A model generated the notes under the pieces. It was given only the letters and a program-made list of their open reading frames with translations, was not told the origin of the DNA and did not search any database. From IMG/VR virus record IMGVR_UViG_3300032282_004923, positions 1 to 56,314 of that record: DNA of 56,314 bases. One strand, given 5' to 3'. This document shows positions 19,650-28,580 of the stretch, piece by piece (the stretch's first letter is position 1; each line of letters opens with the position of its first letter). A program made the position numbers and the translations under genes. The DNA is from a virus. Its lineage: Duplodnaviria; Caudoviricetes.

Positions 19650-20053
19650 CAAATGCGTAGTGCCCTACGCAAATGGATGATATCAGTAAGTTCATAGAAC
19701 TTTTCTAGGTCAACTGCGTAACTATTTCGACCAGCCAATTTTGTCTTTGCTACAAGCCCTGATTCTATAAGGGTTTTAATGGTCTTTTGGACCGCTGCTT
19801 CCGATATGCCGAGGTAGATAGACAGGGCGCGTTGGGTCATAAACGGCTCGTCTATGAGGGTAATTAGCATGCGCGCCGGCGCAGTGAGCACTGATATCAC
19901 TTCCCCATTAGAGTAAGAAGCCATTTTCCCGCTAAGCGCCTGCACAATCTGAGCCGAAATTTGCTCAGGCGTACTGTTATCGTCATGGCCTTTTTTGATA
20001 AGCATTTCTATGGGGGAAGCAAGCCCGCCATACTCAAGTTTTCGTTTGTCCAT
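19625..20053 (-). CDS. Winged-HTH (MarR-like) DNA-binding protein
   Basis: TQRALSIYLGISEAAVQKTIKTLIESGLV. Confidence 0.75.
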   Translation of the reverse strand: MDKRKLEYGGLASPIEMLIKKGHDDNSTPEQISAQIVQALSGKMASYSNGEVISVLTAPARMLITLIDEPFMTQRALSIYLGISEAAVQKTIKTLIESGLVAKTKLAGRNSYAVDLEKFYELTDIIHLRRALRICQEEPDPF

Positions 20054-20160
20054 AGTCCACATCTTTACATAGTTGACAGCCCCATACTAGGTGTGCCTAT
20101 AGTAGTGTTGCAACCGAACACATGTTCGGCATCACCAACAAACGCGGAAGCAGAGGCATC

Positions 20161-20481
20161 ATGAGCGTACAGGACCAACAGGCTATAAGCAAGCCAGCTT
20201 TCAACAAATTGCGCGACAATCTCATTAGCTTGTCCTCACAGTCAGGGCATGGACCGTGCGCGCTAGGCAAAATAGCCAACTCGCTCGATGATGACACCAA
20301 GGAAGCACTGTTTGCCGCTATGGCAAGTTCTGCGTCTTCCAATGCGATAACAAACAGTCTACGTGACGCCGGCATGATAATTGCCCGCTCCACGGTAGTA
20401 CAAAAGCGTACATGCTTTAGTGAGAGTGGTTCTCATATGTGTGCATGCTTCCCAGGCCTTTACACAGGAGAAGTACAATGA
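20161..20481 (+). CDS. Hypothetical protein
   Basis: GAGG RBS; ATGA overlap with next gene. Confidence 0.6.
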   Translation: MSVQDQQAISKPAFNKLRDNLISLSSQSGHGPCALGKIANSLDDDTKEALFAAMASSASSNAITNSLRDAGMIIARSTVVQKRTCFSESGSHMCACFPGLYTGEVQ

Positions 20482-21656
20482 CCGACAAAAAAGCCCTTAA
20501 CAATAAACTTGTTAAACTCGCCACCCAAGAAAAGGTCGAAAGCCAAAAGAGTAAAGTTCTGGGTGATATCGCTCAGATGCTCGAGCGCAAAAACATCAGT
20601 CTTGATGAAATCGGCAGTATCCAACGTGTCTCTTTATACCAGTCCTTGACAAAAAATGAGGAAGGCGAAGCAGAAGTCCACGACTTAGTAGCCCTCCAGT
20701 TCTCGCCGGCATTTGAAGATGGACCTAAGTGGCCCGTTATACAGCAAGGGCCAGCGATACAAGTACCAAAAGTCAAGGGTTCAAAGAAGCCTAACAAGGG
20801 CTTCAAGACCTGTGTAGTCGTGCCTGATATCCAGATTGGTTACTTCCGCAATGCAGACGGAAAGCTTGAGCCTACTCATGACGAAAAAGCCATCAGTATT
20901 GCTCTTCAGATTATCGAGGACTTGAATCCAGAGCTGATTGTTTGCGTAGGAGACAACCTAGACCTTCCCGAGATGGGCAAGTACTTGACATATCCTTCTT
21001 TCCAGCAAACAACACAAGCATCAATCGATGCTGCGACCACTCTCTGTGCTCAAATGCGTGCTGCTGCACCAAATGCCAAGATTGTGTGGTTGGCAGGAAA
21101 CCATGAAGAGCGCCTTCCAAAGTACCTTCTTGTCAACGCATCAGCTGCTTATGGACTCCGCAAGGGGAATACTCCTAAAGACTGGCCAGTAATGACCGTT
21201 CCTTACTTGTGTCGTATGGAAGAGTACGGAGTTGAGTTCCTTCCTGGATACCCAGCTAGCCACTACTGGATTAACGAGAAATTGCGCGTTATCCACGGTG
21301 ACCGCGTCAACTCTAATGGTGTTACAGCAACCCGCTACCTCAGTAATGAGAAGGTTTCTGTCCTTTACGGGCATATCCACCGTATTGAAATGGCTTTCAA
21401 GACCCGCGAAGACTTCGATGGCCCTCGTACCGTCATGGCTGCTAGCGCTGGATGTCTTGCGCGTATCGATGGAGCTATCCCTTCCACTAAGGGCGGGGTT
21501 GACTTAGACGGTCGTCCACTTGTTCGTCACGAAGACTGGCAACAGGGACTTGGCGTAGTTACCTATGAAGACAAGGGTGAGCATCGGTTTTCCTACGAAA
21601 CTGTTCACATTTATAACGGCTGGGGACAGTACCGAGGCACTGAATACAAGGGCTAA
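20478..21656 (+). CDS. Calcineurin-like metallophosphoesterase
   Basis: PDIQ, GDNLD, GNHE, HG, GHIHR motifs. Confidence 0.9.
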   Translation: MTDKKALNNKLVKLATQEKVESQKSKVLGDIAQMLERKNISLDEIGSIQRVSLYQSLTKNEEGEAEVHDLVALQFSPAFEDGPKWPVIQQGPAIQVPKVKGSKKPNKGFKTCVVVPDIQIGYFRNADGKLEPTHDEKAISIALQIIEDLNPELIVCVGDNLDLPEMGKYLTYPSFQQTTQASIDAATTLCAQMRAAAPNAKIVWLAGNHEERLPKYLLVNASAAYGLRKGNTPKDWPVMTVPYLCRMEEYGVEFLPGYPASHYWINEKLRVIHGDRVNSNGVTATRYLSNEKVSVLYGHIHRIEMAFKTREDFDGPRTVMAASAGCLARIDGAIPSTKGGVDLDGRPLVRHEDWQQGLGVVTYEDKGEHRFSYETVHIYNGWGQYRGTEYKG

Positions 21657-21733
21657 CTAAAGAAACGCCCAATTATCCCTGCAATGTTCCCGAAACCCAA
21701 ATAGCCAAAAGTCACTAGAGAGACATAGAGCCC

Positions 21734-22387
21734 ATGACAACAATAGTAGGAATACAAGGAGATGGTTTTTCACTGTTATGTAGCGACTCTCGTATCTCCG
21801 ACTTAGATAGGGATGGGGGAGTGTCTCAGATGTTTACTCTGGGTACTGGGCATTCCAAGATAGCGGTAAATGGGCCCTTCCATCTGGGTGCTGCTGGAGA
21901 CTTACGGGCTATAAACCTTTTAGCACATGCCTTTGTACCTCCAGCACCGGTTCCCCAGGTGACCGGAAAGAAGCTAGACGCCTATATGACGGTCAAGTTT
22001 ATACCGGAACTGCGCGACTGTTTTGAGAAGTACGGGTATTCGCTTCCAGAAAGAGACGCAAGCAGTCATCTGGCGGAACACGGGTCTATTTTGATGTGTT
22101 CTGTGAATGCTGTCATTTATGTGATTGACGGTGACTATTCATGGATTACAGACGCAGCAGGCTTTTACTCCATAGGAAGTGGGTCGCAGTTCGCATTAGG
22201 AGCACTACACGCCCTTGCTGGGGGTAAAAAGCTGTCACTGCAGCAAGCGAAGGTCATGGCATTAAAAGCTATGGCGGCAGCTGCTAAATATGACCCATGT
22301 ACAGGATTGCCATATAACACGTTCGTACAGGAATCACCTACTAAGACAACTACACAGGTGGCCAAGAGTGTCAAAAAAAGAATCTAA
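21734..22387 (+). CDS. HslV/proteasome-beta-like Ntn protease
   Basis: MTTIVG N-terminal Thr, SDSRI, SIGSGSQFALGAL, DP.TG. Confidence 0.8.
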   Translation: MTTIVGIQGDGFSLLCSDSRISDLDRDGGVSQMFTLGTGHSKIAVNGPFHLGAAGDLRAINLLAHAFVPPAPVPQVTGKKLDAYMTVKFIPELRDCFEKYGYSLPERDASSHLAEHGSILMCSVNAVIYVIDGDYSWITDAAGFYSIGSGSQFALGALHALAGGKKLSLQQAKVMALKAMAAAAKYDPCTGLPYNTFVQESPTKTTTQVAKSVKKRI

Positions 22388-22733
22388 AGTATCCAAACTA
22401 GAAGTATCCCTAGAAGATGTACCCGAGCCTCCATCTGTAGACGATATACAAGAAAAGGGGTGGATGTACTATGCCAACTGTAAAAAACAGACGGAGAAGA
22501 TGTTCCCGAAGGGACATAAGGACATTAGTTACATACTTGATGCACGAGCCTTATGTTCCGGATGTTTCGTACGTGAACAGTGTCTTGATTACGCGCTCGA
22601 ATTTCCAGTAGCAGATATGCACGGGATATGGGCTGGGATGACCAGTAGACAATTGGCAGCAGAGCAGAGACGTCGGGGGATTACTGCTATCAGGCCTACG
22701 CTGTCACAAATGTGGGGCGATAAAAACCGCTAG
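22368..22733 (+). CDS. whiB: WhiB family transcription factor
   Basis: ANC...ARALCSGCFVREQCLDYAL...HGIWAG; start codon uncertain. Confidence 0.9.
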   Translation: MSKKESKVSKLEVSLEDVPEPPSVDDIQEKGWMYYANCKKQTEKMFPKGHKDISYILDARALCSGCFVREQCLDYALEFPVADMHGIWAGMTSRQLAAEQRRRGITAIRPTLSQMWGDKNR

Positions 22734-23074
22734 GTTCCCCGCACGCCACATTCTGCGCAAAATTTCATGTTTTGTAATTGCTTCCACTGTGGCTTACAGT
22801 CTGTACGGCCACACGGTTGAAGTAATTTCTCGCCGGCGATGTAGGAACGAATCTCGTCTGCAGTCGTAGGGATACGCGCCACTGGGTCAGGAGCAGGCGG
22901 CATGCCTTTCTCTTCTCTTAGTGCGCGCAAGAGGGTTGCTGACACCCAGACGTTTATTCCTACCCCGTGCTTGCGGCAGTGGTCGAGTATCTCGTTCTTA
23001 AACCAACCCGGTATCTGGATGACCAGGCTGTACTTCCCATCGCGCAGCTTAGCTCGCAGGGGTTTCCGAGGCAT
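22730..23074 (-). CDS. Ribbon-helix-helix-like protein with C-terminal Zn ribbon
   Basis: LVIQIPGWFKNEI strand-helix pattern; C...C...CAEC. Confidence 0.55.
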   Translation of the reverse strand: MPRKPLRAKLRDGKYSLVIQIPGWFKNEILDHCRKHGVGINVWVSATLLRALREEKGMPPAPDPVARIPTTADEIRSYIAGEKLLQPCGRTDCKPQWKQLQNMKFCAECGVRGT

Positions 23075-23234
23075 CTCTACTAACTAGTGTCAAGAGATAC
23101 TCAGTGATAGTCATGTCGTATCCATCAGCTAACGAGATAATGAGGTTCTTCATCTCAGCTGGTATACGAATAGTCACTGTAGTGCTGACGCCGGCTGTGA
23201 CATAGTTCGCCGGCCGACCCATCTTCTTACGCAT
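23049..23234 (-). CDS. Ribbon-helix-helix DNA-binding protein
   Basis: MGRP...VTIRIPAEMK...MTITEYL. Confidence 0.7.
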   Translation of the reverse strand: MRKKMGRPANYVTAGVSTTVTIRIPAEMKNLIISLADGYDMTITEYLLTLVSRDASETPAS

Positions 23235-23248
23235 GTCTAGACATTAGT

Positions 23249-23719
23249 CTAAATTTTTGGCGCGTAGTGGCGTGTCTCCCAGTTGTTGACAATCTCTGTG
23301 TAGGCTTGTAGGAAGAATGAACGGTCCCCATTTGTGCTCACTGCGAGGGAGGAGATGCCTCCCATGGCTTGTACTGCTTCGAGCACGCACTCGTGACAAA
23401 TACCTGGGTCGTATGTTCCGGAGCTTACTGCTTTCGAGAGAGTCTGTACTTCAGCCCACGCTAGAGCCGGCGAAGGCGGAGGGACAAGTCGGCTGCTCAT
23501 CTGGAGTATCTTTTTCCGAAGCGCAGCTGGACGAGGCATGTAAGTGTCGGAGAGAGCTAAAGCATCTACTGCAGCAACAGCCTCATCGAATCCCAGGTCC
23601 GACAACATACGTGTCCATGGACGGAGCACGGAAATCTTGACGGGCCCACTGGACGGCAGACGCTCGTTCCAGTTACCTAGAAGAAGTTCTGCTACTGCTT
23701 CGATTTCTTTACTGTTCAT
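23249..23719 (-). CDS. Helicase loader/inhibitor (G39P-like)
   Basis: W..ML.DL.FD....AV.......YMP.PA.LR and AWAEV...FLQAY pattern. Confidence 0.6.
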   Translation of the reverse strand: MNSKEIEAVAELLLGNWNERLPSSGPVKISVLRPWTRMLSDLGFDEAVAAVDALALSDTYMPRPAALRKKILQMSSRLVPPPSPALAWAEVQTLSKAVSSGTYDPGICHECVLEAVQAMGGISSLAVSTNGDRSFFLQAYTEIVNNWETRHYAPKI

Positions 23720-24041
23720 CGTCCAGCATCTTAGCAAACTTCTTGACACGCCACTCATCTCGGAAGATGAGCTCGATGGAATTATATTTCTTCCCGAGGT
23801 CATTCCCTCCCATGTGAAATTCTGACACTGCACACCCTTGTACGGCCTTTAGAGCGAGCTCGAGGCCATATGTGCCAATTGCATACGCGATGACTATGCG
23901 TCGCTCTTCTGTGAGCTTCATACGACGTACTGAGTGGAGATTAAGCCAGCACTCCCAGAGTTGATTGATGAGGTCTTCCCCCACCGAGTCTGCATACGAA
24001 GTAGCCGTAAATTTGGTTGCTACTTTTTTTCGGGTAGTCAT
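23709..24041 (-). CDS. Protein resembling a replisome-organiser C-terminal domain
   Basis: LTEERR...FHMGGND.GKKYNSIELIFRD; adjacent to the loader-like gene. Confidence 0.5.
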   Translation of the reverse strand: MTTRKKVATKFTATSYADSVGEDLINQLWECWLNLHSVRRMKLTEERRIVIAYAIGTYGLELALKAVQGCAVSEFHMGGNDLGKKYNSIELIFRDEWRVKKFAKMLDDEQ

Positions 24042-24560
24042 AGTTGTCCCTTCGACGTTATAACTAAGACTAGAGGTACATCTAGTTTATATACACTTTT
24101 ACTAGTACTTACTGTTACTACCTTTAGTTTAGGTAGTAAAAGACAAGAAGTTTATTACCCATAAATTCTCTCAGCTTTGCTGAGAAATTTACTGGAGACT
24201 AGTTACTCTTCCTATAGCTGAAAATTACATCGTCCATGCAATTAGAGGCAGCACAAAAGAACCTTGCTGAGTTACAGGCAAAGTAAATTGGAAGGTTTTT
24301 GGCCGGCCTTCGATTGGTGAAGCTCACAAGATACACGAGCTTCGGGTGGTTGTCAAGTCAAGTGACTTAATAACTTTGCAAAGTATATACACGCTCTTCC
24401 GCCACCGTCAACTCCTAACAAGGAATTTTTTGGGCTGTTAGCCCCGGTTGCGCATCTATTGGTGTAAAGTTTTTTTGGGAGGTCTCCCCTTCGCCTCCCA
24501 CGAGTGGGGTGCGGCCGTACAAGTTTTGTAGGTGGCTTGCTACGGCCCCCCACTCACTAC

Positions 24561-25073
24561 TTACTCGAGCTCCAGGAGAAACGTTTCGGCTGCCCACATG
24601 ATGCCGATAGCTGCATAGCCGGCGACGTCAAGAAGATTGTCCTTTAAAGATTCATTGCCTGGTTCAAGACCGCGGGTCACGAGGTTCTCGAGACGTGCAA
24701 TCTTGTCGTGGCAGCGGACCACTAGGCCCAGGAGACCAAAGCGTGCAATGTTCTGGTGACCGTAGTCGCGCTGCTTACGTACCAAGGTAGACGTCAGCTC
24801 GTCCCAGCTAAAGCTATGGCCAGTGTTGCGCGCGTAAGCATATGCTGCATACCCGGTCTGGGCCCATGCATCCACGACCTGGTCGAGGTCTGGGTCCTGC
24901 ATGACTCGAGCATCGATTGCCACAAGACCCTCTACGCGGGTAAATTTATGGCGAATCTCGTTAACCGATATGGCCGGCATGGGGGTTGCCTCCGAGATGA
25001 GCTCTACCGCTCCCGCGGCAGCGGAATTCCAAGTTGGCTGTGGAGCCAGATGAGAATAGGTACGTGCGTTCAT
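24561..25073 (-). CDS. Nucleotide-modification-associated domain protein (DUF1599/Nmad1-like)
   Basis: KQRDYG...GLVVRCHDKIARLENL...ESLKDNLLDVAGYA. Confidence 0.8.
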   Translation of the reverse strand: MNARTYSHLAPQPTWNSAAAGAVELISEATPMPAISVNEIRHKFTRVEGLVAIDARVMQDPDLDQVVDAWAQTGYAAYAYARNTGHSFSWDELTSTLVRKQRDYGHQNIARFGLLGLVVRCHDKIARLENLVTRGLEPGNESLKDNLLDVAGYAAIGIMWAAETFLLELE

Positions 25074-25113
25074 AGTTTAAAGACTAGTACGTCTCTTCCA
25101 CCACCGTCAAAGG

Positions 25114-25317
25114 CTAGCGAGAAGTTTTTTGTGGAGCCAGGGATTTCTCGCCCTCGATGCATTCCATAATCTGGCTCTTCGACGTGTGAGATTTTTTGTT
25201 TCGACAAACGGGTGCACAACTGAGCGCGACGAATACTTCTATTCGATTGCTGCACTTCGGGCATTTCCAGACGCGTTTGTTTTTTTCCACAGAAGCGATA
25301 ATACATGCATCAGCCAC
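25114..25317 (-). CDS. Small Zn-ribbon protein
   Basis: WKCPKC...PVC...H. Confidence 0.55.
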   Translation of the reverse strand: MADACIIASVEKNKRVWKCPKCSNRIEVFVALSCAPVCRNKKSHTSKSQIMECIEGEKSLAPQKTSR

Positions 25318-25319
25318 TA

Positions 25320-25376
25320 TTAAGCGCTAACCATGATGAAAATAAATATTCCAATGAATCCAATTAGATTACCCAT
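25320..25376 (-). CDS. 18-aa hydrophobic micropeptide MGNLIGFIGIFIFIMVSA
   Basis: TGATG overlap with upstream stop; fills the gap between genes. Confidence 0.55.
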   Translation of the reverse strand: MGNLIGFIGIFIFIMVSA

Positions 25377-25585
25377 CAGCTCGAGGCCTTTAGCTCGTTA
25401 ATCATTTTTAAACCCTTGTAAGCTACTTCGTCCCAGGACTGGCCCATGTATTCTTCGGCGATATCGACGTCACTGACTGGACCGTCCGCAACTTGAACGT
25501 GCAGTGAAATAAGAATAAGCAGCAGAGCTTCTTCAGCTGAGTCCGCCAGGCTAATGGCCGGCGTCTTGATTTTTTTCTTAGTCAT
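25376..25585 (-). CDS. Hypothetical protein
   Basis: 69 aa ORF in operon. Confidence 0.6.
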   Translation of the reverse strand: MTKKKIKTPAISLADSAEEALLLILISLHVQVADGPVSDVDIAEEYMGQSWDEVAYKGLKMINELKASS

Positions 25586-25919
25586 TATGTACCTTCTGAT
25601 GTATAGAGCGAAGAAGTTCTTTTACTTCTTCTTGTTCTTCGTGAGTGAACTTATGTTCGTCGATGATTATCGAGCGCGCTACCAGGGCCGTAATTGTTGG
25701 AACAACTATGAACACTGCGGTAAAAACCAAAAGCATCCCAGCTCCGCGGCCGACGAGAGACCTTGGATATTGGTCTCCGTAGCCGACTGTAGTAAATGTC
25801 ATGAATGCCCACCAAACTGCATCACCAGTTGAGTGGTGCTCCGCTGCCACGTACGCAATTACTGCAGTTACGTAGACGCTAGCCAGGAGCGAGCTTAAAC
25901 GTAGTAGTTGTTTCTTCAT
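25578..25919 (-). CDS. Two-TM potassium channel (KcsA-like)
   Basis: DAVWWAFMTFTTVGYGDQYP selectivity filter between two TM helices. Confidence 0.92.
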   Translation of the reverse strand: MKKQLLRLSSLLASVYVTAVIAYVAAEHHSTGDAVWWAFMTFTTVGYGDQYPRSLVGRGAGMLLVFTAVFIVVPTITALVARSIIIDEHKFTHEEQEEVKELLRSIHQKVHND

Positions 25920-25973
25920 GGGCTAATACTTCCATAGTCTTCCGCCACCGTCAACCGCTAATAACAAAAATAT

Positions 25974-26234
25974 TTAGCGCGCTAGGTTTTTATTATGTGA
26001 AGACACTGACGGATGAGCTGAGCCCACGTTCTCGAGCGTGTCTGAGTTATAAATAGTTTCGCAGCGATTGCATATGTAGTGCACGCCGTCCCATTCCTTA
26101 GGCGTCGGGGGTACATGCATCCCACGTGATGTACAGGTTTCAAACCCGTCACTGCGCGGGTTGTTACCGCACCCACATACAAACCAGTCACTGGATGTTT
26201 CTTTTAAATTCAAGTTCATGCGGACGCCTTTCAT
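25974..26234 (-). CDS. Hypothetical Cys-containing protein
   Basis: CGCGN...CNRC; ATGA overlap; start uncertain. Confidence 0.6.
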   Translation of the reverse strand: MKGVRMNLNLKETSSDWFVCGCGNNPRSDGFETCTSRGMHVPPTPKEWDGVHYICNRCETIYNSDTLENVGSAHPSVSSHNKNLAR

Positions 26235-26374
26235 TCTGAACTCACAAAACCGCACCAGAACCCATGGGCCGTTAGGAGGTCTGCGATTTTATCCAGGCAT
26301 TCACCATCAGTGTGGTCTTCGCCTGGAAGGTTTATGATGCTGGCGATTTCCTTAAGCAGGTCTTCGTTATTCAC
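26231..26374 (-). CDS. 47-aa protein, tandem paralog of 26367..26531
   Basis: GTG start, MNNEDLLKEIASIINLPGEDHTDGECLDKIADLL; absent from the ORF track. Confidence 0.7.
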   Translation of the reverse strand: MNNEDLLKEIASIINLPGEDHTDGECLDKIADLLTAHGFWCGFVSSE

Positions 26375-26531
26375 CTGTATCTCCTGTTCGGTTGATTGTT
26401 GGGTAGACGGGTCCGTAGCCGTTTTGTTCTAGCAGGTCGCAGACCATTTCTAGACACTCGCCATCGGTCGCAAGCTCCCCATCGATGCGCATGATGCGAA
26501 TTATTTCTGCCATTAGCTCTTCTGAGGTCAT
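26367..26531 (-). CDS. Hypothetical protein (TDGECL motif)
   Basis: MTSEELMAEIIRIMRIDGELATDGECLEMVCDLL. Confidence 0.7.
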   Translation of the reverse strand: MTSEELMAEIIRIMRIDGELATDGECLEMVCDLLEQNGYGPVYPTINRTGDTGE

Positions 26532-26687
26532 GTTGGGTTCTCTTCCGTTGTGAATATACAATGCCAGCACGTCATACTAAAGATGTGTTCATCGTCAAGC
26601 ACGACGGCTGATAGTACACCACCCTTTATCAACGTGTCACATTTTATGCAGGTATTCGTGTGATGTGTGAGTTCTTCTTGTTTCATG

Positions 26688-26885
26688 TTAGAGGTCTATA
26701 CTTGTCGTGATGAACGGGAGGACCTTGTCGTCGATAAATATTCGTTCTTCATCAGTGACGTCGCGAAAGATTCCGTCGTCATCCATGGCTTCAGATATTG
26801 ATGAGCTGAAGTTCATGTCTACAAATATTTTGCCGTTATCGTCGACAGTGACGATTACTATAGGGCACAGGACAATCTGTTTCAT
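26688..26885 (-). CDS. Hypothetical protein
   Basis: TAATG overlap with upstream gene. Confidence 0.6.
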   Translation of the reverse strand: MKQIVLCPIVIVTVDDNGKIFVDMNFSSSISEAMDDDGIFRDVTDEERIFIDDKVLPFITTSIDL

Positions 26886-27055
26886 TATTTTACCTTCTTC
26901 TTTTTAGACAGGCAGTTGATGCATGTGTAGATAATGATTGCTGGGGTTACATCGTCTTTGATGTCCAGCGAGCCGTAGTAAGGCTCCCATAGCTTTTTAC
27001 ACCTATGACAGTGTGTGTAGGTAGGAGCTTCGAAGTCGTCTTCGTCGTGGTCCAT
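26885..27055 (-). CDS. 56-aa Zn-finger-like protein
   Basis: MDHDEDDFEAPTYTHCHRC...CINCLSKKKKVK; GGGGG RBS; absent from the ORF track. Confidence 0.65.
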   Translation of the reverse strand: MDHDEDDFEAPTYTHCHRCKKLWEPYYGSLDIKDDVTPAIIIYTCINCLSKKKKVK

Positions 27056-27134
27056 GATTTCCCCCTGGTAAGTAGTTAGTTAGGTATGGGGTGCACGCTA
27101 CACCCAACACCTCAGTTTTCCAATATGACGTTTG

Positions 27135-27356
27135 TCACATCTTGACGAGCACACGATGTTGCTCGACCCATTGCTCTCCACTGCCATTGAGTGGCTTGAC
27201 TAGTAAGTCGAGGTGACCGAAACGAACACGGACGTCGGAGATTTTTACACCGACAGTGAGTCCTTCGATTGACACTGTTCCTACTTCGCCTTTGAAGCGT
27301 TGTGGGTTTAATTCCTCAATTGAGGCTTTGCTATACGTACGTACAGGTTGTTGCAT
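27135..27356 (-). CDS. Hypothetical protein
   Basis: AAGGAG RBS; VKISDVRVRFGHLDLLVKP...GEQWV. Confidence 0.7.
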   Translation of the reverse strand: MQQPVRTYSKASIEELNPQRFKGEVGTVSIEGLTVGVKISDVRVRFGHLDLLVKPLNGSGEQWVEQHRVLVKM

Positions 27357-27558
27357 GTCTGCTCCTTCTTAGCACTCTGATGTGCTGAGTGCTAACGCTA
27401 CCGACTACACCCTGCAAACCACAACCTCTCACGTAGGAAAATCTCGAGGGCCCTCTTCCACCACCGTCCGGTAGTCGAGTAGCCCCGCGGGGGAAGAACC
27501 GGTTCCGGGGCCCCAGAGTTCCGCCGCAGCCGGCTGCCGGAGAAGTAGTGTCAAGGGT

Positions 27559-27948
27559 ATGACAAGTACATCAAAATGGGACAGAAACATAGACGCTTTG
27601 CGGGATTTTGTAGGGAAACACGGTAGTGCCTTGGTTCCAACAGCTCATAAACACGAGTTTGACGGGAAGATTGTTTCTCTCGGAGCTTGGGTGAGCTACT
27701 TGCGTATCAAGTATCGCGGCGGTCTGGTTAGCCCCGATAAGATTTCCCAGTTGGAGTCTTTCCCTGGTTGGTCTTGGGGGCCTTGCAAGCCTGGCCCTCT
27801 CGGTAATCCCGACAGAGACAAGAAGATGATAGAGATGCGCACTAACGGTAGTAGCCTGCAAGCCATCGGTGACGAGTACGGTCTGTCTCGTCAGCGTGTT
27901 CATCAGATACTTGGCAGACTTGGATACAAGGAAAAAACAAATGCGTAA
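27559..27948 (+). CDS. Helicase-associated (HA) domain plus sigma70 region-4-like HTH protein
   Basis: HG...VP...LGAWV...R.KYR.G......LE..PGWSW; SLQAIGDEYGLSRQRVHQI. Confidence 0.8.
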   Translation: MTSTSKWDRNIDALRDFVGKHGSALVPTAHKHEFDGKIVSLGAWVSYLRIKYRGGLVSPDKISQLESFPGWSWGPCKPGPLGNPDRDKKMIEMRTNGSSLQAIGDEYGLSRQRVHQILGRLGYKEKTNA

Positions 27949-28183
27949 CGAGGACTTTCATCGCCCTTACACAAAGTCGGGTGTGTCAGAAGGCAGAGCC
28001 GTAGTGTTAGGAATAATCATTAGTGGGCTTGTCTATGGGCTTACACTTTGGACAACGCTATGGTTTGTCCGTTCGTCAGGTATCGCTTCGTGGCAAATGC
28101 CATTCTGGAAATGCGTTCTTCTGACCGACTTGATAAACGCGCTGCGACTTTACGACCAGCAGGTATTCAGTAAAAAACAGTAG
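27941..28183 (+). CDS. Small membrane protein
   Basis: AAGGA RBS; TM helix. Confidence 0.6.
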   Translation: MRNEDFHRPYTKSGVSEGRAVVLGIIISGLVYGLTLWTTLWFVRSSGIASWQMPFWKCVLLTDLINALRLYDQQVFSKKQ

Positions 28184-28217
28184 GGTCTTCCACCACCGTC
28201 AGGTGGTAGTGATGAGT

Positions 28218-28439
28218 TTATTCTGACTGTCGGAAAACCATCAGCCCTGCGACTGATGAACCTTCGTGCGTTGGGTCTGCGAGTGCAATACCTGTTACCC
28301 ACGCTTCTTTTGGTAGTGGCTGTGTCGGGTCATCGCCTACTATGCCACGCACCTTCTGTATCGCTTCGCTAATCGCTTCGCCGTCTGAGTGTGCTTCCAC
28401 ATCTACGCCGACCATAACTTGTACTCGGTACTTGCTCAT
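28218..28439 (-). CDS. Hypothetical protein
   Basis: MSKYRVQV...VEAHSDGEA; start inferred. Confidence 0.6.
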   Translation of the reverse strand: MSKYRVQVMVGVDVEAHSDGEAISEAIQKVRGIVGDDPTQPLPKEAWVTGIALADPTHEGSSVAGLMVFRQSE

Positions 28440-28528
28440 CGCTGTCTTTCTGCCCGTACCTAAGTGTCGGGTCTTTCTTTTGCTCGCCTCTACGGGCTTC
28501 CTGTGAGCCACTTTCTTTGAGATAGTCA

Positions 28529-28565
28529 GGCAGGTGGGGAGAAAGGGGGTGAAGCCCCACCTGCC
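28529..28565 (-). terminator. Stem-loop after the VWA gene
   Basis: GGCAGGTGGGG...CCCCACCTGCC; no clear U tail. Confidence 0.4.
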
Positions 28566-28580
28566 GACAACTAGCCACAC

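Noticed and set aside
24345-24357. GGTGGTTGTCAAG resembling the L5 stoperator
   Set aside because: Single occurrence; better explained as a minus-strand TTGACA -35.
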